DNA from: an uncultured Candidatus Peribacteria bacterium
Lineage (GTDB): Bacteria > Patescibacteriota > Gracilibacteria > UBA1369 > LOWO2-01-FULL-3
Reading direction: 5' to 3'
NCBI GenBank assembly: GCA_964356355.1
Contig: CAYHGX010000001.1
Span: forward strand, 68,299 to 132,298
Length of the DNA stretch: 64,000 nucleotides
Positions 56,652 to 64,000 of the stretch are shown piece by piece. The position numbers and the translations under genes were made by a program. The notes beneath the pieces were generated by a model that was given only the letters and a program-made list of their open reading frames with translations, searched no databases and was not told where the DNA came from. The number at the start of each line of letters is the position of its first letter. Position 1 is the first letter of the stretch.

Positions 56652-59027
56652 ATGAGTGATCTTGGTAGGCAAAATTTGGCGGCGCGGATCTTTAAAGGGG
56701 TGATTTTCGCCTTGATTTCTTTTGGAATGGTGGGTGGAAATTTTTTGATAGAGGGAAAGGCTTATCAGGAGGCGCCAAAAACTGAGGGAAAGCTGGTTGC
56801 TTTTGATTATGGGAAGGATAATTTAATTGGAGAAGATGGAATTATCAGATTTGATACTGAGGTGCCAAAGCCGGATATGCAGGTGGTAAAGGCTGAAAAT
56901 GGATATGTTTTTAATTTGAAAAATGGTCATTTTTGGGGAAATTTTAGGCTGAGCGATGATGGTGTTGCAATTGTCTCCGACAGAGTGGTTGTTGTACCTG
57001 ATCATGCTGTTTTTGATGCTTCTTTCGTGAGTGGCAAATTGGAGCTGGCTGTGTATTCCGGCGATGTTTATTTGGGATTTTTGCCTGAGGGGGTTGATGT
57101 GAAAGAGCAGGTCGATGCTTATAGTGGGGTGTTTATGAATCGTTTATTGGTGGCTCAGGGGAACAAAGTTACAGTAACGATGTCTAAGGTTACTGATCAA
57201 ATTAGGCCGCTTTTGTATTCTAAGTTGGTGAAGGAGTTTAAATATATTCAGATTTCTGCTGAGCAGCGTCAAGGGCCTTGGGTGTTGAAGAATCTGGCTT
57301 TTGATACACAGAATCGAGAAAATCGAAAGCATCAATTTGAGTCAGAGGTGATTTTGCGTGGTTCGAGTGCCAGTGAGGGGTTTGTGGCGAGTATTTTGCA
57401 ATGGACACAGGCTAATCTTACTTTTATTCCCGATAAGCGTCAGAAAATTCAGTTGAGAAGGCTCTTTGCTTATTTGGAGGATGCCATCTATTATGCGAAG
57501 TCGGGAGATTTGGAGCAAACAAAGCAATATCTTAATGATTTTGACGTTTATATTACTGATGTGGAGTTTACCTCTGGTGAGGAAAATGGGTTTCATCATT
57601 ATTTTGAGGAATATGTGAAGGGTTTGAATGTTTTTGAGCCTGGTGATGCCTATTATGAGGTTGAGAAATTTTTATTAAATAAACAGTTTTTTTCTAAGGA
57701 TCAGCAGGGGCTGGTGGTTGCGGCTTTTTGGCAGGATGTGTATGAGGCGATTGGGAAAAATGAGGTAGCTGCTCGTGAGTCGTTGGACAATTATTACAAC
57801 TATTTGGATAAGTATTTAGTTATTTTAGAAGGTGGCGATCAGGCCTATTATCAAAATTATTTAGCTTATCAGAATCAGCTTTTTGATAATTTGTTGTTAA
57901 AATATCCGGTCTTTTATCAAGATTCGTATTTTGCGATTAAAGATGCTTTAGAAATGCGTTATTTGGCTTTGTTCCAGGGCCATGACAAGGAGGAGATGAG
58001 TCAGGATTTTATCAGTGAAAAGATTGATTTCCTTAGAAGGGTGAAGAAATTTTTCTTTGATGGGTCAATTCAGATCGTTGATGCGAAAAAGGTATTTTCA
58101 AGGCTGATTGCTGAGATTGACGCCTTGATGCCTAAAGATAAGGGTGAGGTGGCAGTAATTGCGCTTTTTGAGTCTCGACTTAAGGATATTGCTGATTTCT
58201 GGGGGTATTTAAGTAGTCCTCAGTACCAAACAAAGGCGAGTGGAGTGACAGAGGAGGATAGATATAATACCTATTTAAAGGAAAAGGATAAGATTTGGAG
58301 TTTTGTGAATATTCGGGAGGATGTGTTGGGTGAAAAAATTCAGAAATCAATGACAGTTGCGGATGTGAAGGACGAGGTGATAAAGCAATTGATGATTTCC
58401 CAGGGGGTTTCGAGCGTTGAGGTTGGGGAGATTAAGGACGCTGGAGATAGGTATATTGATGTAAACTTAGTGATTAGTGGTTATCCGGTGAAGGCGGTGT
58501 ATGATCGCGTGACTACTTTAGTGAAGGAGGTAACGGCTTATGATAAGGATATTTCTAAGGGTAGTGTGAAGGTGGAGGCCTTGTTGGCTGTGTTGCAGGA
58601 TAAATTTGCGGATTTGGCTAAAGATAGTTTGGCAGCCAAGGATGAAGGGGTTTCAATTGAGAGTACAGCGCAGAGGTATGCGCGGGTGTATATTGCGAAG
58701 GTGCTTGCTGATGAGGGATTTGTGGTTGAAATGAAAAATGTGAGTTTGGTGGATGAGGAAAAGGCCATTTATCGGGTACAGGAAATTACTTTATTGGCTA
58801 ATGAGGCGATGGTGGTAACCTTTGATTTGGATATGAAGGGCGAGGTTGTGACTAATCTTTTTGTGATGAATAAGGGCGAGCCGCAGCTAATTGATGGTGC
58901 TTTTACGTTGGCCGAGCTAAAGGCTTTTATTCAGGCTGATGGCAAGATTGATAAGGGAGAGCCGTTGGTAGATGGTGGTGCGGCGAATCCAAGTGGGCCT
59001 AGTGCTGGTGGAAAGGTGTCGAGGTAA
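56652..59027 (+). CDS. Membrane-anchored hypothetical protein (791 aa)
   Basis: After an N-terminal TM helix (VIFALISFGMVGGNFLI) comes a beta-rich segment faintly FecR-like (GYVFNLKNGHFWGNF...VVVVPDHAVFDASF..GKLELAVYSGDVYLG). A long helical region and a Gly/Ala/Pro tail complete the protein. Confidence 0.6.
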   Translation: MSDLGRQNLAARIFKGVIFALISFGMVGGNFLIEGKAYQEAPKTEGKLVAFDYGKDNLIGEDGIIRFDTEVPKPDMQVVKAENGYVFNLKNGHFWGNFRLSDDGVAIVSDRVVVVPDHAVFDASFVSGKLELAVYSGDVYLGFLPEGVDVKEQVDAYSGVFMNRLLVAQGNKVTVTMSKVTDQIRPLLYSKLVKEFKYIQISAEQRQGPWVLKNLAFDTQNRENRKHQFESEVILRGSSASEGFVASILQWTQANLTFIPDKRQKIQLRRLFAYLEDAIYYAKSGDLEQTKQYLNDFDVYITDVEFTSGEENGFHHYFEEYVKGLNVFEPGDAYYEVEKFLLNKQFFSKDQQGLVVAAFWQDVYEAIGKNEVAARESLDNYYNYLDKYLVILEGGDQAYYQNYLAYQNQLFDNLLLKYPVFYQDSYFAIKDALEMRYLALFQGHDKEEMSQDFISEKIDFLRRVKKFFFDGSIQIVDAKKVFSRLIAEIDALMPKDKGEVAVIALFESRLKDIADFWGYLSSPQYQTKASGVTEEDRYNTYLKEKDKIWSFVNIREDVLGEKIQKSMTVADVKDEVIKQLMISQGVSSVEVGEIKDAGDRYIDVNLVISGYPVKAVYDRVTTLVKEVTAYDKDISKGSVKVEALLAVLQDKFADLAKDSLAAKDEGVSIESTAQRYARVYIAKVLADEGFVVEMKNVSLVDEEKAIYRVQEITLLANEAMVVTFDLDMKGEVVTNLFVMNKGEPQLIDGAFTLAELKAFIQADGKIDKGEPLVDGGAANPSGPSAGGKVSR

Positions 59028-59035
59028 ATTTTCTC

Positions 59036-59064
59036 CTGACAAGTTTTTTCCTTTATGGTAGAGT
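59036..59064 (+). promoter_or_regulatory. Putative gyrB promoter
   Basis: CTGACA-N17-TAGAGT is preceded by TGg (extended -10), about 30 nt upstream of ATG 59097. Confidence 0.45.
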
Positions 59065-59078
59065 TCTGCCGCTTTTAA

Positions 59079-61019
<1,941 letters not shown>

Positions 61020-61076
61020 GTCATACGGCTCGTGCAGAAGCTCCTTGTTTCCTTGTATGTTATCTAACAAATATAT

Positions 61077-62189
61077 ATGAAAAAACTGCTCTTACTTTTG
61101 TTGAGTGCTGTGGTTTTTAGTGGTTGTGTGGGGGTGGAAACTAAGGAGACTATTGGGTGTGCTTTACCTCCTGATGCGAATGGACAGCCGAATGTGGGCT
61201 GTGAATTGCCGAATGTTGCGGATCCATCTGCGATTGTTCCTCCTCTAGCAGTACCGGTGGTAAGTGTCACTGAGCCTCGTGATTATCTTTTTACGGCAAG
61301 TTCCACTTTGGTAGACGATACGAATATTGGCTTTAACTATGAGCCGGCGATGGTGTCGGATGGGGATTTTTCTACGGCTTGGTGCAGGGCGTCTGGCGAT
61401 ACTAAACCTTCGATTGTTTTTGATTTTTCACGCCCGGTGAAGGCGGATAAGTTTGGAATTGTGCCGGGCTTTGCGAGGGATGAAAAAATTTACAAACAGA
61501 ATAATCGCATAAAGAAGGCAACTTTGTTGTTTGATGATAAGGATCCGATGGAGGTCGAGTTTAAGGATGAATATGGCATGCAATTTTTGGTTTTGGATGG
61601 CAAGGAGTTTTCAAAAATTAAATTGGTGATAGATGATGTGTACAAGGGAAATAAATATGATGATACTTGTATTTCGGAGTGGGATTTTGCGAGTGATTAT
61701 GTGCAAAAGGGGGATAGTGCTGCAGCAATGAATTTTTACGTGAAGGAGAAGAAGGCTGATGCGTTGAGGCCATATGATATAATAAATGTTGTGGATTTTT
61801 CTATGGATCCACCTGATAAGTGCGGTAATCCTGTGAGGGGTTATTCTGATCCGGCTAGTGCGGAGGCTGGTTATGCTATGCTTTGGGATTTGCCTGTTTA
61901 TTTAAGTGCATCTGTTAATGAATTTGGTAGGGAGGGCGATAAAGTTGAGGTGCGATGGTATAGTGATCAGTTGAAGCTAGTTGGAGATGACGTTGTTCAT
62001 CAAGGATATATTTTAGAAACGGTGCAGAAAGATGTTCCAGTTATTAAAGCTTGTGATGGAAAATTGTATGTGCACACAAGCTTATATGACTTTTCACATA
62101 ATAACTTGATGTGGGATGGTAAGGATAAGGCTGAGATTTATTCTCAGGGCAAATTTGTGGGATTTGGCTATTTTAATTTGAGTCAGTAA
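61077..62189 (+). CDS. Lipoprotein with galactose-binding/discoidin-like domain
   Basis: The signal peptide has a lipobox (LSAVVFSGC). The segment DGDFSTAWC...IVFDF...V..DKFGIVPGF.....Y..NNRIKKATLLFDD resembles NAD-glycohydrolase-associated or F5/8-type-C-like beta-sandwich domains. Confidence 0.65.
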   Translation: MKKLLLLLLSAVVFSGCVGVETKETIGCALPPDANGQPNVGCELPNVADPSAIVPPLAVPVVSVTEPRDYLFTASSTLVDDTNIGFNYEPAMVSDGDFSTAWCRASGDTKPSIVFDFSRPVKADKFGIVPGFARDEKIYKQNNRIKKATLLFDDKDPMEVEFKDEYGMQFLVLDGKEFSKIKLVIDDVYKGNKYDDTCISEWDFASDYVQKGDSAAAMNFYVKEKKADALRPYDIINVVDFSMDPPDKCGNPVRGYSDPASAEAGYAMLWDLPVYLSASVNEFGREGDKVEVRWYSDQLKLVGDDVVHQGYILETVQKDVPVIKACDGKLYVHTSLYDFSHNNLMWDGKDKAEIYSQGKFVGFGYFNLSQ

Positions 62190-62268
62190 TTTCCTTGATT
62201 TTATTGAGTTTGCCGCTATAATCCGTGTGCTTTTAAATTTTAAACTACCCTGAAAGGAGGTGAAATAT

Positions 62269-62475
62269 ATGAGAGTAATTATTTGGAAAAATGAGAAAGA
62301 ATCAAGTGAAAGAGCGATAACTCGCTTTAATAAGAAGGTTCAGGCTAGCCGAAAACTCCTTAAAGTTCGTGGCGAGCGTTATCATAAAAGATCTGTTAGC
62401 AGACTAAAACAGAGAGCTGCAGCTACTATGAGAGAATTCTATAGAGCTAAGAGAGAAAAGAGTAAGTTCTACTAG
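62269..62475 (+). CDS. rpsU: 30S ribosomal protein S21
   Basis: AAAGGAGG lies 8 nt upstream of ATG 62269. The 68-aa basic protein has the S21 pattern (V...NE....A..RF.KKV......L...R.R..Y.K.S..RK....AA). Confidence 0.9.
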   Translation: MRVIIWKNEKESSERAITRFNKKVQASRKLLKVRGERYHKRSVSRLKQRAAATMREFYRAKREKSKFY

Positions 62476-62477
62476 GT

Positions 62478-62601
62478 GAACTTCTGAAAATTAATATTTA
62501 CGTTGTTGTCGGAAAATCTTGATCCTCATGTACCTGTGGTACACTGCGGTCAAGATTTTCCTGCCGCCTAGTAAATATTTGATTTTGAGAAGTTCTTTTT
62601 T
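62478..62601 (+). terminator. Compound ~118-nt hairpin plus T6 tract downstream of rpsU
   Basis: The outer arms are GAACTTCTGAAAATTAATATTTAC (62478-62501) and GTAAATATTTGATTTTGAGAAGTTC (62571-62595). The inner arms are GGAAAATCTTGATC and GGTCAAGATTTTCC. The apical stem is GTACC/GGTAC, and TTTTTT follows. Confidence 0.6.
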
Positions 62602-62612
62602 AATCTAAAACT

Positions 62613-63473
62613 GTGAAAATTAAGGAAATAATTGAGGGGGCGAAAGGTATGATGGGCGAAAATGGCTCAGTTTTGGATATTGAGCTGATTTTGGCTCATG
62701 CGATGGGGGTGGAGAGGAGCTATTTGCTGGCGCATGATGATGAAGAGATTGATGAGGGAGATTTGGCGATGTTTAATTTGTATTTGAAGAGGGTGGTGGG
62801 GGGCGAACCGGTGGCCTATATTACCAACGAGAAGGAATTTTTCGCCCACAATTTTTTTGTCGATAGTCGTGTGCTGATTCCTCGTCCGGAAACGGAAATG
62901 ATTGTGGATGAGGCGTTGCGGTATTTGCAGACGATGGATGATATTGGTCGAAGGTTTAAGCTTTTGGACGTTGGAACGGGAAGCGGTTGTATACCGTTAT
63001 CTATTTTGAAAACTTTTGAAGGTCGTGGGGAAATTGCGCGAGTGGATATGGTAGATGTTTCGGTGGAGGCTTTGGAGGTGGCACGCATAAATGCTGAACA
63101 ATTTTTGCTGGAAGATCAGGTGGAGATTTTTGAAAGTGATTTGTTGGAAAATATTGAAGATGGAGAGTTTTATGATGTGATTACTGCTAATTTGCCTTAC
63201 ATTGGTGAGGTGGAAAATCGACATGTTGCGGTAGAAACTGAGAAGTTTGAGCCTGGATTAGCATTGTTTGGTGGTGATGACGGGCTGGAGTTGTACAATA
63301 AAATGTTTCAGCAGGTTTTGGCTAAGGGGGTTAGATTTGGAGTGTTTATAGGGGAGTTTGGTTTTGGGCAGGGAAAGGGTATAGCCGAGTTGTTGAGTAA
63401 GTATTTTGATCAAAAATGGGAGATAAAAGAAGACTTGGCGGGAATCGAAAGAATCTTTATTGTAAGAGCATAA
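62613..63473 (+). CDS. prmC: Release-factor glutamine N5-methyltransferase (HemK/PrmC)
   Basis: The SAM motif is LLDVGTGSGCI. The catalytic tetrapeptide position reads NLPY, where the family consensus is NPPY. It lies next to prfA. The start is GTG 62613, with internal ATGs at 62649 and 62652 also possible. Confidence 0.85.
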   Translation: MKIKEIIEGAKGMMGENGSVLDIELILAHAMGVERSYLLAHDDEEIDEGDLAMFNLYLKRVVGGEPVAYITNEKEFFAHNFFVDSRVLIPRPETEMIVDEALRYLQTMDDIGRRFKLLDVGTGSGCIPLSILKTFEGRGEIARVDMVDVSVEALEVARINAEQFLLEDQVEIFESDLLENIEDGEFYDVITANLPYIGEVENRHVAVETEKFEPGLALFGGDDGLELYNKMFQQVLAKGVRFGVFIGEFGFGQGKGIAELLSKYFDQKWEIKEDLAGIERIFIVRA

Positions 63474-63483
63474 ATTTAACCAT

Positions 63484-64000
63484 ATGTTGGAAAAGCTAGA
63501 AAAATTTGAAAAGGAATTTCTGGAAATTCAAGCGCAATTGTCTGAACCGGATGTGGTGAATGATCAGGTTCGTTATAAAACTTTGTCACGACGCTATAAG
63601 GAAATTGCCAAGGTGGCTTCGATGGCCAGTGAATATCGTGATGCGGTGAAAACGAAAGAGGAATCTGACTTGATGCTTAAAGAGGAGAAGGATAGTGAGA
63701 TGAGAGAGTTGGCGAAGGTTGAGATGGAAGAAGCTGAAGCGAAAATTGCTAGGCTTGAAGAGAAGGCGGTGGTAGAGCTTTTGCCGAAGGATCCAAACGA
63801 TTCCAAGGATTGTATTATTGAAGTGCGTGCTGGCGCAGGTGGAGATGAGGCAGCGCTTTTTGGCGGGGAATTGGCACGGATGTATTTGAGATTTGCGGAG
63901 CAAAATAATTTTAAAGTTGAGTTGATCAGTAGAAGTGAAGGTGCAACGGGTGGCGTGAAGGAAATGATTTTTGCTGTGCGTGGTGAAAATGCTTATGGAA
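63484..64000 (+). CDS. prfA: Peptide chain release factor 1 (5' partial, runs off window)
   Basis: My own translation from ATG 63484 gives MLEKLEKFEKEFLEIQAQLSEPDVVNDQVRYKTLSRRYKEI...LLPKDPNDSKDCIIEVRAGAGGDEAALFGGELARMYLRFAE, which is typical of RF1. There is no stop before the window ends, so it is absent from the ORF track. Confidence 0.9.
   Translation, partial: MLEKLEKFEKEFLEIQAQLSEPDVVNDQVRYKTLSRRYKEIAKVASMASEYRDAVKTKEESDLMLKEEKDSEMRELAKVEMEEAEAKIARLEEKAVVELLPKDPNDSKDCIIEVRAGAGGDEAALFGGELARMYLRFAEQNNFKVELISRSEGATGGVKEMIFAVRGENAYG

Overview
This 64-kb window comes from a compact, low-GC bacterial genome. Sampled 60-nt lines are about 38-40% G+C. Long ORFs are intact under the standard code and TGA is used as a stop. 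The gene content is an archaeal-type TIM, a SemiSWEET, short tightly coupled housekeeping genes, many lineage-specific hypotheticals, and type IV pilus and VirB4-like parts. This fits a small-genome Patescibacteria/CPR-like organism, but that placement is inference only.

Most of the window is housekeeping:
- Replication, repair and DNA topology: dnaG, priA, ruvC, ruvA, gyrA, gyrB.
- Transcription and translation: rpoD, greA, truB, trpS, tgt, rpmE, rpsU, prmC, partial prfA.
- Metabolism: tpiA, pyrG, gpmA, pyk, glmS, aroC, a riboflavin kinase, an M24 peptidase.
- Envelope and export: a murE-like ligase, a WecA-like transferase, lgt, manC plus a separate cupin, pilD, an HlyD/RND efflux pair, and a SecDF fusion.
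- One tRNA-Arg(TCG).

I saw no rRNA, CRISPR array or recognisable transposase.

The stand-out region is the roughly 11.6-kb segment between divergently oriented gyrA (start 47443, minus strand) and gyrB (start 59097, plus strand). It opens with an abrupt ~1.5-kb high-GC stretch (~47.8-49.3 kb). That stretch holds two tandem paralogous promoter-plus-leader modules (about 330 nt of leader each), three tiny Cys-containing ORFs with very high GC3, and three GC-rich hairpin/T-tract terminators. Next come an orphan VirB4-like ATPase, a 74-aa single-TM ORF, a 1490-aa STAND-type P-loop NTPase with an unassignable N-terminal region, and a 791-aa membrane-anchored protein.

Other points worth a second look:
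- a parvulin PPIase insertion inside SecD
- a protein with two PilC/GspF-N-like modules
- a His-rich protein convergent with the RND pump
- a three-copy ~50-70-nt repeat upstream of minus-strand genes
- a 124-nt compound hairpin after rpsU
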